NCBI GenBank assembly: GCA_040396875.1
Contig: JBBAWZ010000005.1
Span: 2,552-66,551 of the forward strand
Length of the DNA stretch: 64,000 nucleotides
DNA from: Bacilli bacterium
GTDB lineage: Bacteria; Bacillota_I; Bacilli_A; RFN20; CAG-826
Direction: 5' to 3'
The position numbers were made by a program, and so were the translations under genes. Every line of letters starts with the position of its first letter. Position 1 is the first letter of the stretch. Positions 39,948 to 50,869 of this stretch are shown here, piece after piece. The notes below the pieces were generated by a model, which made no database searches, was not told the origin of the DNA, and saw only the letters and a list, made by a program, of their open reading frames with translations.

Positions 39948-41746
39948 TAGGTTTGACTCCCTTCTAAACTCATATCGTTTTTGGTTAAAGCCAATGTCTT
40001 TTCCACTTCTTCTGGATCTAATTGTGAGTAGACAATTTCTTTATAAATCTCACAGGTGGTAAGTAGGGTTTGGTGTTTACCTTGACCAACAATTTGTCCT
40101 TCATGTAAGACAACGATGTGGTCTGCATCAATAATGGTACTAACGCGTTGGGCCACAATAATCACCGTTGCAGAATTGGTGTAACTCTTTAATCGGTTTC
40201 TTAAGCGAATATCCGTTTTATAGTCTAAGGCAGAGAAGGCATCATCAAAGACATAGATTTCTGGTTTCTTTACTAAAGCACGGGCGATGGATAAGCGTTG
40301 CTTTTGTCCACCAGAGAAGTTTTTTCCTGTTTGAGAGACTTGGACATTCAATTGTTCGGGATATTTTTTAATAAAGTGATCAGCTTGGGCCACTTCTAAT
40401 GCTTGCCATATTTCTTCATCGGTTGCATTGGGTTTACCGAAAGTAAGGTTTTGTTTAACAGAACCCGTAAAGAGTAAAGCTTGTTGAGGAACAAAACCAA
40501 TCTTACTTCTTAAATCAGTTTGTTTCATGTCTCTGACATCGACTTCATCAATGAGAACTTGGCCTGCAGACACATCAAAGAATCGGGGAATTAAATTGAT
40601 AATGGAGGATTTACCGCTACCTGTTGATCCAATGATGGCGGTGACTTGTTTTGGTTTTGCGGTAAAAGAGATATTTCTTAAGGTTGGTTGTTGTGCATCT
40701 TTGAATTGGAACACCACATCTTTGAATTCAACCTTACCGGTTGTCACTTTCGATGTCTTTGGTTTAGCAGGATCCACAATGGATGAATGCGTATCCAAGA
40801 CTTCGTTAATACGCTTTGCAGATGCCCTAGCTCTTGGAAGCATAATGAGAATGGCGGCAAGCATCAATAATGAAAACATCAAGGTGCTGGAATATTGAGC
40901 GGTCGATAAAATGTCTCCAAATGCCACATTGACGTCACCAAGCACCAAGGCTTGACCGTCAAATGTTGCAAATCCGACAAAGAAAATTGATAGGTAGGTC
41001 AAATCAAAAATCAATGATACGAACGGGTTTAAATAAGACATGGTTCGACTTACCGTCATATTGGTTTGCGTTAAATCTTCGTTTGCATCTGCAAATCGTT
41101 TTGCTTCTTTCTTTTCTTGGTTGAACGCTCTTACAACGCGTACCCCAGTTAAGTTTTCTCGAAGCACCAAGGTTAATTGATCTAATTTCTTTTGTACTTT
41201 TTCAAAGAGTGGAGAAGCAATCTTAAAGGTGATCCCGATGGCAATAAAGATCACGGGCACAGATACAGCAAAGACGAAGACGAGTAAGGGATTTGTACCA
41301 AGTGTTAAGGTAATCGCCGTCACCAAGGTTACAGGGGTGGTAATAATGATTCTTAAGCCAAATAAGAAGATACCTTGAATTTGTTGAACGTCATTCGTGG
41401 TTCTAGTGATTAAACTTGAGGTACCAAACTTTTCAAATTCACTAAGTGATAATTGATTGACCTTTTGAAAGACAGCATCTCGAACATTCTTTGCAAAGCC
41501 TGTTGCAATCGAGGAGTTAAGTAAAGCGTTGCCTATCGCAAGGGCGATAACACCCAAGGATAAAAGTAACATCCACAAACCTGTCATGAGGATTTCTGAT
41601 GTTGGTTCATCTGCTAACACTAAGTTCGTAATTAATCCAACATTCCGTGGAATTTGTAACTGCAGGAATGCCATCGCGGCAAACCCTAAAGAAATTAAGA
41701 CTAGACGTTTCCAAAGCGGCAAGACAAATCTAAATATTTTTATCAT
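39947..41746 (-). CDS. ABC exporter, fused permease/ATPase (heterodimer partner A)
   Basis: GSTGSGKSS Walker A, FSGGQKQRLSIA signature and YVFDDAFS Walker B. 1-nt overlap with its partner. Confidence 0.9.
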   Translation of the reverse strand: MIKIFRFVLPLWKRLVLISLGFAAMAFLQLQIPRNVGLITNLVLADEPTSEILMTGLWMLLLSLGVIALAIGNALLNSSIATGFAKNVRDAVFQKVNQLSLSEFEKFGTSSLITRTTNDVQQIQGIFLFGLRIIITTPVTLVTAITLTLGTNPLLVFVFAVSVPVIFIAIGITFKIASPLFEKVQKKLDQLTLVLRENLTGVRVVRAFNQEKKEAKRFADANEDLTQTNMTVSRTMSYLNPFVSLIFDLTYLSIFFVGFATFDGQALVLGDVNVAFGDILSTAQYSSTLMFSLLMLAAILIMLPRARASAKRINEVLDTHSSIVDPAKPKTSKVTTGKVEFKDVVFQFKDAQQPTLRNISFTAKPKQVTAIIGSTGSGKSSIINLIPRFFDVSAGQVLIDEVDVRDMKQTDLRSKIGFVPQQALLFTGSVKQNLTFGKPNATDEEIWQALEVAQADHFIKKYPEQLNVQVSQTGKNFSGGQKQRLSIARALVKKPEIYVFDDAFSALDYKTDIRLRNRLKSYTNSATVIIVAQRVSTIIDADHIVVLHEGQIVGQGKHQTLLTTCEIYKEIVYSQLDPEEVEKTLALTKNDMSLEGSQT

Positions 41747-41779
41747 AACTTATAACAATATACGCTTCTTTTTTTAAAA

Positions 41780-42478
41780 TTAAAGCGATTTGAGTTTCGC
41801 AACTTCGATATTGGTGAGTTCACGAAATTCACCCTCTTTGAGATTGCCCAAGGTTAATTCCCCCACCGCTTCTCGATGTAAATTTAAAACTTGATATCCA
41901 AATTTAGAAAACATTCTCTTCACTTGATGAAACTTTCCTTCATAAATCTTTAATGAAACTTGGTGGTCATTAGGTAATAGATTGAGTTCTGCCGCTTTGA
42001 CCATTTCTTTTTCACCCAAAGAAAAACCATCCTTAAAGACTTGAATGAGTTTCTTATCAATCGGTTGATCAAGGGTGACGTGGTAGATCTTTCCTACGTC
42101 GTGTTTGGGGGATGTTAAGTGGTGCGTTAATTGGCCGTTATCGGTGAAAATCAACAAGCCTGTTGTATCTTTATCTAACCTGCCTACCAAATGGAGATCA
42201 CGATGTTCATAACCCTGAACCAAACTAAACGCTGTTGGGTCTTTTCGATCTTCTTTTGCAGAAACATAACCCTTAGGTTTATTTAACATCAGGTAAACAT
42301 ATTCCTGATAGGCAACCGGAGATTCGTCCACTAATACAGCATCTCGTTCCGGGTCCACATCAAAACCACTATCTTGAATGAGTTCGTTGTTCACTAAAAC
42401 CACACCCATTTTGATCAAGTCTTTCACTTCACTTCGGGTGCCAACGCCCGCATTGGCAAGGAATTTATCGAGCCGCAT
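41780..42478 (-). CDS. RsuA/RluB-family rRNA pseudouridine synthase
   Basis: N-terminal S4 domain (MRLDKFLANAGVGTRSE) and the catalytic GRLDKDTTGLL motif. Confidence 0.85.
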   Translation of the reverse strand: MRLDKFLANAGVGTRSEVKDLIKMGVVLVNNELIQDSGFDVDPERDAVLVDESPVAYQEYVYLMLNKPKGYVSAKEDRKDPTAFSLVQGYEHRDLHLVGRLDKDTTGLLIFTDNGQLTHHLTSPKHDVGKIYHVTLDQPIDKKLIQVFKDGFSLGEKEMVKAAELNLLPNDHQVSLKIYEGKFHQVKRMFSKFGYQVLNLHREAVGELTLGNLKEGEFRELTNIEVAKLKSL

Positions 42479-43358
42479 ATCGTTGGTTTAATGCATAACT
42501 TACAACCACACCGATCAACAATGTGACGAATGATATTAAAACCATGATGAAGTTTAGATCTACATACACTGGAACGATTTTATAGTTGTAAAAGATTGCT
42601 CCAATTGAGCCCACAATAAAGCCATAGATGGCTAGATGAATTTCATGTTTATACTTTTTAAATAACAGCGACATTAATAAACTAATGACAATAAATCCAA
42701 CAAGTGCACCGATACCTAATAGAGCAAAATTGATCACTTCAGGAACAAGTCCTTCAATGTTGACAACATTCTCAATTAAACGTTGTAAGCTATTTAATAC
42801 GGGTTCATAAAAACCAATCGTCAGCAACAACATCGATCCTGAAATACCAGGCACAACAAATGCAGACACACCTAAAAACCCAACCACAATCAGAATTAAT
42901 TTCGGTAACAAAGCATTACCTTCGAGAATGACACTTGCATCTAATTCACCCACGACAGAGAAGACACCCAACAAAAGCGCTATTAAAGCTGGGATGAAAA
43001 CATAGATCCAATCCTTGGTTGAAAACCTTTTTGGTAATGCTCTTCTTAATGTGGGCAGACTTCCGACAATGAAACCTGCAAAGAGAGCAACGGTTGGCAA
43101 GGGTGCATACTCGAGAGCAAGACCCATCGGAAAGGTGAGCGCGCCGATTGCAATAACGATTCCCAAACCGGTTGGAATCAAGATTTTAATGGATTGTTTA
43201 AAGTTCTTTTTGATATTGACGATCGATTCAATTAAGCTGTCATAAATCCCTAGCATGAAGGCGATGGTACCACCCGAAATTCCAGGAATAATGGCCGCTG
43301 TTCCAATCGCTAAACCCTTTAAAAATAAGGATATAAAGTTTGAATCTAGTTTCTTCAT
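42465..43358 (-). CDS. DUF368 family membrane protein (family recently linked to undecaprenyl-phosphate recycling)
   Basis: Duplicated IPGISGGT / VPGISGSM motifs in a polytopic protein. Confidence 0.82.
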   Translation of the reverse strand: MKKLDSNFISLFLKGLAIGTAAIIPGISGGTIAFMLGIYDSLIESIVNIKKNFKQSIKILIPTGLGIVIAIGALTFPMGLALEYAPLPTVALFAGFIVGSLPTLRRALPKRFSTKDWIYVFIPALIALLLGVFSVVGELDASVILEGNALLPKLILIVVGFLGVSAFVVPGISGSMLLLTIGFYEPVLNSLQRLIENVVNIEGLVPEVINFALLGIGALVGFIVISLLMSLLFKKYKHEIHLAIYGFIVGSIGAIFYNYKIVPVYVDLNFIMVLISFVTLLIGVVVSYALNQRYAAR

Positions 43359-43412
43359 TTCGTTTCAAGTATAGCACTCGTGATAAGATAGTTAAGCAAG
43401 GAATATTGAGTT

Positions 43413-43979
43413 GTGAAATTGATTGTAGGATTAGGAAATCCCGGAAAAGAATATGCCAATACTCGCCATAATATGGGTTATATGGTGGTGGATGCTTTGG
43501 CGAAAAAATGGAACCTTTCTCATTTCAAAACGAATTTCCAAGGTGAGTATGTATCGCACACTTCTGACCAAGTGATTCTTTTAAAACCCACTACATTTAT
43601 GAATTTAAGTGGACAATCGGTTTTAGCAATTGCTCAATTTTACAAAATCTCACCACAAGAAATGGTCATCATTTATGATGATTTAGCTTTAGAACCAGGA
43701 AAGATTAGACTTCGTATGACAGGTTCAAGCGGCTCACATAATGGTATGCAGCATATTATTGACACCTTTCTTACTCAAGAAATTAAACGTATTCGTATTG
43801 GTATTGGCGCGGTGCCGTTAGAACAAAAAGGCAAAGATTATGTGTTAGGCGTACCTTCCAAAGAAGATCAAACCAAGATCAATCAAGCGATTAAAGACTC
43901 AGTTTCGGCGATTGAGGTTTTCCTCAAAACAAATTTTTCCCAAGCGATGAATCAATTTAATCGAGGTGATACCGACTGA
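43413..43979 (+). CDS. pth: Peptidyl-tRNA hydrolase
   Basis: GTG start. LIVGLGNPGKEYANTRHNMG and GSHNGM motifs. Confidence 0.93.
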   Translation: MKLIVGLGNPGKEYANTRHNMGYMVVDALAKKWNLSHFKTNFQGEYVSHTSDQVILLKPTTFMNLSGQSVLAIAQFYKISPQEMVIIYDDLALEPGKIRLRMTGSSGSHNGMQHIIDTFLTQEIKRIRIGIGAVPLEQKGKDYVLGVPSKEDQTKINQAIKDSVSAIEVFLKTNFSQAMNQFNRGDTD

Positions 43980-44029
43980 AATCTTTATTTAAATCCATTC
44001 AAGAAACCAAGATTACCACCCCCCTCTTA

Positions 44030-47000
44030 TTGAAAAAGGGCCTTTTTCATTTGGACGATACGATCGGTATTGCCCTCACCGTTGCAGCAGCCTACTTAGA
44101 AAAACCACAAAGCATTCATATTGTGACTTCAAATTTATATAACGCCCAAAAAGTCTACGATCTATTAACAGGTTTTATTGGTGAAGCCTATTGTCTATTT
44201 TACCCAGTGGATGAACTCTTAAGGGCAAACACGATTGCCAATAATAAAGAAATGCTGGCCCAAAGACTCTACGTGATGAGTCAATTATTAACCAACAAAC
44301 CTTTTATATTAATCACACACACCGCGGGTGTCATTAAATACTTACCAAACCCAAAATATGTTGAAAGTTTAAAGCTAACTTTAAAACCAGGAGAAAGTCA
44401 TTCAATTTCACATCTTAAAAAACTATTGGTGGCGGCCGGTTATCAACGCGTCAATAAAATTGATGCTTCGTTACAATTCGCTATTCGAGGTGACATCTTA
44501 GATATCGCATCAGTTAATTTACCCCACCCTGTTCGTATTGAATTCTTTGGTGAGGAAATTGAAAGCATTCGTTATTTCGACATTGCCAATCAAACGTCTT
44601 TTGAACAAATTCATCAAGTCGATATTCTTCCTGCAAGTGATATTTTATTTACCCCAGAAGAAAGAGGCGATCTTGAACACAAGATGCTCACACAACTTGC
44701 CAGCGACTTAAAACTGATTGGTCCGCAACTGTATTCACAATTAGAAGCGATGACGTTGAGTGATTTACAATCCATTCAACAACACCAAATCACATCACAA
44801 CACTATCGCTATTTAGGATTTGCCCAAACCCAACACTATTCAATTTTGGATTACCAACCGAATGCAGTCACCTTGATTGCCAACCAAGATCAAGTTGAAA
44901 GCACCGCCAAATTATTACTGGAAGAAGGTTGGTCCTATTTCCAAGAATTATCGATCGCAGGTCGACAACTTTCCCATCTTCAAATGTATCGACCATTGGA
45001 CAGAGTACTCAGTACGACAAAAAATATTTACAACAAAGAGTTCGTTTCTGAATCAGGATTTCATCTCTCGATTAGACCCATTACCATTGGTACAGGTCAA
45101 AGTAGCGCGTTACAAACAACATTAAAAACAGCACTATCCCTTTATCCTCATGTACTATTTGCCGTCAGTACACAATCTCAACTGGATCAACTCACCACAC
45201 AACTCACAGAATTAAAACAAACATTCAAGCTTGTAGAAGGATTGCAAATCCCCAATCAAAACATTGCCATCACTTTACTCAATCTTGAAGAAGGTTTTGA
45301 AATTCCTGATTTCAAATTTGCATGTATTACCAGTAAAGAACTTTTTGGCTATCGACAAAAGACTTCAAAATATTTTTCTCGTTATAAAGAAGCAACCATC
45401 ATTGCCTCTCACGAGGATTTAACTGTCGGTGATTATGTTGTCCACGAGTATTCCGGCATTGGTCAATATTTGGGTGTTAAAACCATTGAAATTGATGGCC
45501 TTCATAAAGACTATTTACACATTCAATATGCTGGCACGGATGTCCTTTATGTTCCTTTATCTCAATTCAAATTAGTGAGAAAGTTTTCTGGTAAAGAAGG
45601 GGCCGTACCCAAACTCCATAGACTACAATCAAAAGAATGGGAAAGTACCAAGAAGCGAATTAAAGAAAGAGTCGATGATTTAGCAGAACGTTTAGTTGTC
45701 TTGTATAAGAATCGGGCCGTTACCCAAGGGTTTGCATTTCCTGCCGATGATGAACTGCAAGGTCAATTCGAACGATTATTTCCATATGATTTAACACCCG
45801 ACCAACAGCGATCGGTAACTGAAATTAAAGCGGATATGGAAAAACCATTTCCGATGGATCGCCTCTTGTGTGGTGATGTTGGATTTGGCAAAACGGAAGT
45901 TGCCTTTCGTGCTGCATTTAAGGCCATTAATGCTCATAAACAAGTTGCCATCCTTTGTCCAACGACACTCTTGGCAAGACAACATTACGAACGCGCCATT
46001 GATCGTTTTGCAACCTTTGGGATTAACATTGCAATCTTTTCCCGATTAATTCCTGAAGCAAAACAAAAAGAATATATCAAACAAATTAAAGCCGGAACCA
46101 TTCAACTTGTGATCGGTACACATCGTTTATTAAGTAAAGAAATTACCTTCAAAGATTTAGGGCTATTAATTGTGGACGAAGAGCAACGTTTTGGTGTTGA
46201 ACAAAAAGAAAATATCAAGGAATTAAAAACAAATGTTGATGTTTTAACACTAAGTGCAACACCCATTCCACGTACGCTTCAAATATCCCTTTTAGGCATT
46301 CGTCAACTTTCTCAAATTAATACGTCTCCTCTCAACCGCGTCCCTATTCAAACGTATGTGATGCGCCACGATCCTTTAATTATTAAGGAATTGATTGAAC
46401 GTGAACTCGCAAGAGAAGGCCAAGTTTATTACCTTCATAACCGAGTTGAAGATATTGGATTTGTGGCCTCGCAATTAAACACCAAGATTAAAGGTAGTCG
46501 TGTGGGTGTCGTCCATGGACAAATGGAAAAAAATGAAATTGAAGATGTGATGGTTGATTTCTATAATGGCAACATCAATCTTTTAGTCTGTACTTCCATC
46601 ATTGAAAACGGGATTGATGTTGGAAACGCCAATTTAATTATCATTGAACAAGCTGCAAATTTTGGCTTATCCCAGTTATACCAAATCAAAGGACGTGTGG
46701 GTCGCGGTAACCGTATCGCTTATGCGTATTTACTGTATGAAGAAGCGGAACGTCTTAATGAACAAGCCGCCAAACGCTTAAAGGCCATCCAAGAATTTAC
46801 TGAACTTGGAAGTGGATATAAGATTGCCCAACGCGATTTAATGATCAGAGGTGCGGGCGATATCTTAGGACCAGAACAAGCAGGTTTTATCGACACAGTT
46901 GGTCTTGATATGTATTTACAATTATTAAACGAAGCGATTGAAGAAAAGAAAACAGGCATCATCAAACCACCCGTCACACCACCTCCTTCACTGATGATTG

Positions 47001-47440
47001 ATGCTTATATTCCAGAAACCTACGCGAAGACGGAAGACAAGGTTGAGTTATATCAATCCATTGAATCTGCGAAAAATTTTGATGAACTGCAAACCATTGA
47101 AAGTTATATACGCGATCTATATGGCCGCTTACCTGACCAAGTTCAAAACCTTCTTAAAAAGCGTCACTTTGATTTACTGACCCATCATCCTGCAGTAGGC
47201 TCGTGGCAAGAAACCAAAGCTTATATCGATGTTTTTTGTAGTGAAGCCTTTACAAACCTCAACAAATCAGGGACGTTATTGTTTCAACACATTCAACAAC
47301 ATGTCCACGCATTAAAAGTGAATTACGCGAATCGCATTCTTCGTATTCGTTTAAATAAAACAGGTGATTGGTTTACGATGTTGATGGATTTAATCCGTGG
47401 GATTGTACAAACTTACGATAACCTTAGCAAAAAGGATTAA
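44030..47440 (+). CDS. mfd: Transcription-repair coupling factor Mfd (5' end probably lies further upstream; see findings)
   Basis: [14 protein letters not shown] Walker A, DEEQRFGV, the [11 protein letters not shown] and [11 protein letters not shown] helicase motifs, and a CarD-like [13 protein letters not shown] region. Confidence 0.93.
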   Translation: MKKGLFHLDDTIGIALTVAAAYLEKPQSIHIVTSNLYNAQKVYDLLTGFIGEAYCLFYPVDELLRANTIANNKEMLAQRLYVMSQLLTNKPFILITHTAGVIKYLPNPKYVESLKLTLKPGESHSISHLKKLLVAAGYQRVNKIDASLQFAIRGDILDIASVNLPHPVRIEFFGEEIESIRYFDIANQTSFEQIHQVDILPASDILFTPEERGDLEHKMLTQLASDLKLIGPQLYSQLEAMTLSDLQSIQQHQITSQHYRYLGFAQTQHYSILDYQPNAVTLIANQDQVESTAKLLLEEGWSYFQELSIAGRQLSHLQMYRPLDRVLSTTKNIYNKEFVSESGFHLSIRPITIGTGQSSALQTTLKTALSLYPHVLFAVSTQSQLDQLTTQLTELKQTFKLVEGLQIPNQNIAITLLNLEEGFEIPDFKFACITSKELFGYRQKTSKYFSRYKEATIIASHEDLTVGDYVVHEYSGIGQYLGVKTIEIDGLHKDYLHIQYAGTDVLYVPLSQFKLVRKFSGKEGAVPKLHRLQSKEWESTKKRIKERVDDLAERLVVLYKNRAVTQGFAFPADDELQGQFERLFPYDLTPDQQRSVTEIKADMEKPFPMDRLLCGDVGFGKTEVAFRAAFKAINAHKQVAILCPTTLLARQHYERAIDRFATFGINIAIFSRLIPEAKQKEYIKQIKAGTIQLVIGTHRLLSKEITFKDLGLLIVDEEQRFGVEQKENIKELKTNVDVLTLSATPIPRTLQISLLGIRQLSQINTSPLNRVPIQTYVMRHDPLIIKELIERELAREGQVYYLHNRVEDIGFVASQLNTKIKGSRVGVVHGQMEKNEIEDVMVDFYNGNINLLVCTSIIENGIDVGNANLIIIEQAANFGLSQLYQIKGRVGRGNRIAYAYLLYEEAERLNEQAAKRLKAIQEFTELGSGYKIAQRDLMIRGAGDILGPEQAGFIDTVGLDMYLQLLNEAIEEKKTGIIKPPVTPPPSLMIDAYIPETYAKTEDKVELYQSIESAKNFDELQTIESYIRDLYGRLPDQVQNLLKKRHFDLLTHHPAVGSWQETKAYIDVFCSEAFTNLNKSGTLLFQHIQQHVHALKVNYANRILRIRLNKTGDWFTMLMDLIRGIVQTYDNLSKKD

Positions 47441-47449
47441 ACTAACCTT

Positions 47450-47683
47450 ATGCGATTAGATTTATATTTAAAACAAATTGGGGTGCTCAAGCGGCGATCC
47501 TTATCCAAAGAAACGATTGAAAAAAATCGAGTTCGTGTCAATGATCAACTCACCAAACCAAGTTATGAAGTCAAACCCCAAGACATCATCGACATTTATT
47601 TTAAAGACCACACGGTTAAAATTCGTGTTTTAAACCCGATCCAAAATTATGAAACCATTCCTCAACCTAAACCTACTCGATAA
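47450..47683 (+). CDS. S4-domain RNA-binding protein (YabO/RqcP/Hsp15-like)
   Basis: MRLDLYLKQIGVLKRRSLSKE S4 motif. It sits in the mfd...yabO...tilS position. Confidence 0.8.
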   Translation: MRLDLYLKQIGVLKRRSLSKETIEKNRVRVNDQLTKPSYEVKPQDIIDIYFKDHTVKIRVLNPIQNYETIPQPKPTR

Positions 47684-48857
47684 AGAAAAAACCTATATTG
47701 TTGCAGTGTCCTTTGGCCCTGACTCAATGGCACTTTTACACCTTTTACAACAAGAACATTTTAAGATTGAAGTCGCCCACGTTAACTATCACTTAAGAAA
47801 AGAAAGCGACCTTGAACAATCGCAACTCGAACAATATTGTTTGCAACATGATGTGCCTCTTCATGTCTTAGATGTTTCTTCTTTTCCAAAAGGAAACCTA
47901 CAAGAACAAGCAAGAAAGATTCGTTATGACTTCTTTAAAGAACTCGCAGCAACTTTACAAGTAGAAGGTATTTTAACTGCTCATCACCAAGATGATGATT
48001 TGGAAACCGCAATCATGCAACATCAACGATCGATGTTGTATGAATACTTTGGCATTCGCCCAGTTGGACATTGGGAAGGCATCAACGTATATCGACCCTT
48101 GCTTGGTGCAACCAAACAAGACTTAATGGACCATTGTGCCGAATATCAAATTCCCTATATGATCGATCAAAGTAACGCCAAACTAATTTATCAACGAAAC
48201 CGTATTCGTTCCGAACTACATTCACTTTCAGCATCAGAAAAGAATCAAAAACGATTAACATTCCAAAAAGAAAACCACCTTCGACAAAACATCATTCAAT
48301 CATTACAAAGATGGATTCCTCAAAACTCTATATCCACCACCACCTACATGAAATGGGATACTTTAACCCAGTTTTTGTATTGGATTTTATTAAGTCAATC
48401 TCGAGGCATTCATACGCCCATTACAGAAACCTGGTTAAAGAAAATGGATTTAATTCTAAGATCCAACAAACCAAATATCGTGATGCCTTATTCAAAGGGT
48501 TGGCACCTTGAAAAAGCTTACGACAAAGTTTGGTTAATCAAAGACCAAGATACAAAACCCTATCGACTCATCAATCCCAAAGGAACCATCAAGTTTTCGT
48601 TATTGACGATTCACCTTGATCGATTAAAAGAACTTCCTGAAACATTTATCCTTCGTTCTTGCCAACCTAACGATGTACTTAAAATTAAAACCTATGCAAA
48701 ACCCTTACGTCGTTTGGCGATTGATTGGAAAATGCCACTATTTTTAAGAAGGGTATGGCCAGTGTTTACCAACCTCAAAGGTGATATTATTCTCCTACCT
48801 CGATACCAAAAAAATCATGATTCTAAAGCGAACAATTGGTTAGAGATTTTAGAATAG
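47649..48857 (+). CDS. tilS: tRNA(Ile)-lysidine synthetase
   Basis: VAVSFGPDSMAL PP-loop (an SGGxDS variant). It lies upstream of ftsH as in Bacillota. Confidence 0.87.
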   Translation: MKPFLNLNLLDKEKTYIVAVSFGPDSMALLHLLQQEHFKIEVAHVNYHLRKESDLEQSQLEQYCLQHDVPLHVLDVSSFPKGNLQEQARKIRYDFFKELAATLQVEGILTAHHQDDDLETAIMQHQRSMLYEYFGIRPVGHWEGINVYRPLLGATKQDLMDHCAEYQIPYMIDQSNAKLIYQRNRIRSELHSLSASEKNQKRLTFQKENHLRQNIIQSLQRWIPQNSISTTTYMKWDTLTQFLYWILLSQSRGIHTPITETWLKKMDLILRSNKPNIVMPYSKGWHLEKAYDKVWLIKDQDTKPYRLINPKGTIKFSLLTIHLDRLKELPETFILRSCQPNDVLKIKTYAKPLRRLAIDWKMPLFLRRVWPVFTNLKGDIILLPRYQKNHDSKANNWLEILE

Positions 48858-48926
48858 AATATAATCATGGTACGAGGACATATCGTGTATAATTTTCTCT
48901 ATATCCTCATTGATTAAGGAGTAATC

Positions 48927-50867
48927 ATGAATCGAAAACCGAATACCTTTATAAACTATTTATTTCCATACATTATGATGGCAACTGCTGTCCTCGCATT
49001 TGTGTGGTTGGTCTTTTTTTCTAATCCAGTTGGAACCGTTGACATCCCCGCGACCAACTTAGGTAATTTTTTACAAACTGCAGACATCAAGGAAATCACG
49101 ACAACTGAAAGAGAAACGGTTACCGTTATTTCAGGAAACTATGTCAGTGAAGAAGGTAGTACGATTTATTTCACCGCGACTTTTGAAACCAGCAACACCT
49201 TTATTAAAGATGCTGTTGACGAAGCCTTAAGCACAAGATTGATTGATGAAAACGATCCTACACAAGGTTTTTTCTATGCCCAAATTTGGAACACGAATAA
49301 TGCCTTTGAAACCAATTGGTTTGATGCATGGGGTCCCACCATCTTTGTGGTAGGTGGTTCTGCACTCGTCTTCTTATTTATCTTTTCGAGAATGAACGCA
49401 AGCGTTAATAACACAAACAATAAAGCCCTTGAATTTAATCGCTCCAGAGCGCGTAGAGAAGATAATTCAAAAATTAAATTTAGTGATGTCGCCGGTGCCG
49501 AAGAAGAAAAAGCAGAATTAGTTGAACTTGTTGAATACCTTAAAACTCCTGCAAAATTCACAAAATTAGGAGCAAAATTACCACGCGGTGTTTTATTAGT
49601 GGGTCCCCCAGGAACGGGTAAAACCTTACTCGCAAAAGCAGTTGCCGGTGAAGCTGGCGTCCCATTCTTTTCCATCTCAGGCTCAGACTTTGTTGAAATG
49701 TTTGTCGGGGTTGGTGCTGGACGTGTTCGTGATATGTTCCGTCAAGCTAAACGAAATGCTCCTTGCTTAATTTTCATTGATGAAATTGATGCAGTCGGTC
49801 GTCAACGTGGTGCAGGTATGGGTGGCGGTAACGACGAACGTGAACAAACCTTAAACCAACTACTCGTTGAATTAGACGGCTTCTCAGACAACTCTGGAAT
49901 CATTGTCATCGCGGCAACAAACCGTGAAGACGTCCTTGATCCAGCTCTATTACGAGCGGGCCGTTTTGATCGTCAAATCACCGTCAATCTTCCAGACCGA
50001 AAGGGTAGAGCAGCTATTTTTGCAGTTCACTCTCGTAACAAAAAATTAGATCCAACCGTTGAATTTGATAATTTAGCGAGACGAACAGTCGGTTTCTCAG
50101 GTGCAGATATTGCTAACATTATGAACGAAGCTGCCATTCTTGCAGTTCGCAGCAATCGAGAAATGATAACGATTAAAGATATCGATGAAGCGATTGATCG
50201 CCGCATTGCAGGACCTGCAAAAAGTTCACGTGGCATGTCTGAACATGAACGTGAAGTAGTAGCGTACCACGAAGCTGGTCACGCGATTATTGGTCTTAAC
50301 TTAAAATTCTCTGATAAGGTTCAAAAAATCACTATTGTTCCACGCGGAAGAACGGGTGGCCATGTCATGATGACCCCAGAAGAAGATCGTTTCTTAATGA
50401 CCAAAAATCAACTCGAAGCCAGAATCATTGGCTACTTAGGTGGTCGTACATCCGAAGAAATTTTCTTTGGTGACGTTTCCACCGGCGCACAAAACGATAT
50501 CGAAGTGGCAACCAGAATTGCAAGAATGATGGTTACCGAATACGGGATGAGTTCCTTAGGACCGATTCAATACGAATCTAACACAGGTTCAGTCTTTTTA
50601 GGTAGAGACTATAATTCAACCCAAAAGAACTTCTCAACCCAAGTTGCGTTTGAAATCGATAAAGAAGTGAGAAAGATTATTGATGATGCTCACGAAGAAG
50701 CTCGACGCATTCTCACCGAAAAGAAACAAGATGTGATCTTGATTGCGAAAACACTTCTTGAAAAAGAAACCATCACCGCTGAAGAAATTTCCAGTGTCTT
50801 AGCGAACAAACCCATTGAAGAAAAAACCAAAAAGACAACAAAAAAGAAAGAAGATAAGGACGCATAA
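48927..50867 (+). CDS. ftsH: ATP-dependent zinc metalloprotease FtsH
   Basis: [13 protein letters not shown], the AAA second region of homology, and the HEAGHA zinc motif. Confidence 0.97.
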   Translation: MNRKPNTFINYLFPYIMMATAVLAFVWLVFFSNPVGTVDIPATNLGNFLQTADIKEITTTERETVTVISGNYVSEEGSTIYFTATFETSNTFIKDAVDEALSTRLIDENDPTQGFFYAQIWNTNNAFETNWFDAWGPTIFVVGGSALVFLFIFSRMNASVNNTNNKALEFNRSRARREDNSKIKFSDVAGAEEEKAELVELVEYLKTPAKFTKLGAKLPRGVLLVGPPGTGKTLLAKAVAGEAGVPFFSISGSDFVEMFVGVGAGRVRDMFRQAKRNAPCLIFIDEIDAVGRQRGAGMGGGNDEREQTLNQLLVELDGFSDNSGIIVIAATNREDVLDPALLRAGRFDRQITVNLPDRKGRAAIFAVHSRNKKLDPTVEFDNLARRTVGFSGADIANIMNEAAILAVRSNREMITIKDIDEAIDRRIAGPAKSSRGMSEHEREVVAYHEAGHAIIGLNLKFSDKVQKITIVPRGRTGGHVMMTPEEDRFLMTKNQLEARIIGYLGGRTSEEIFFGDVSTGAQNDIEVATRIARMMVTEYGMSSLGPIQYESNTGSVFLGRDYNSTQKNFSTQVAFEIDKEVRKIIDDAHEEARRILTEKKQDVILIAKTLLEKETITAEEISSVLANKPIEEKTKKTTKKKEDKDA

Positions 50868-50869
50868 TT

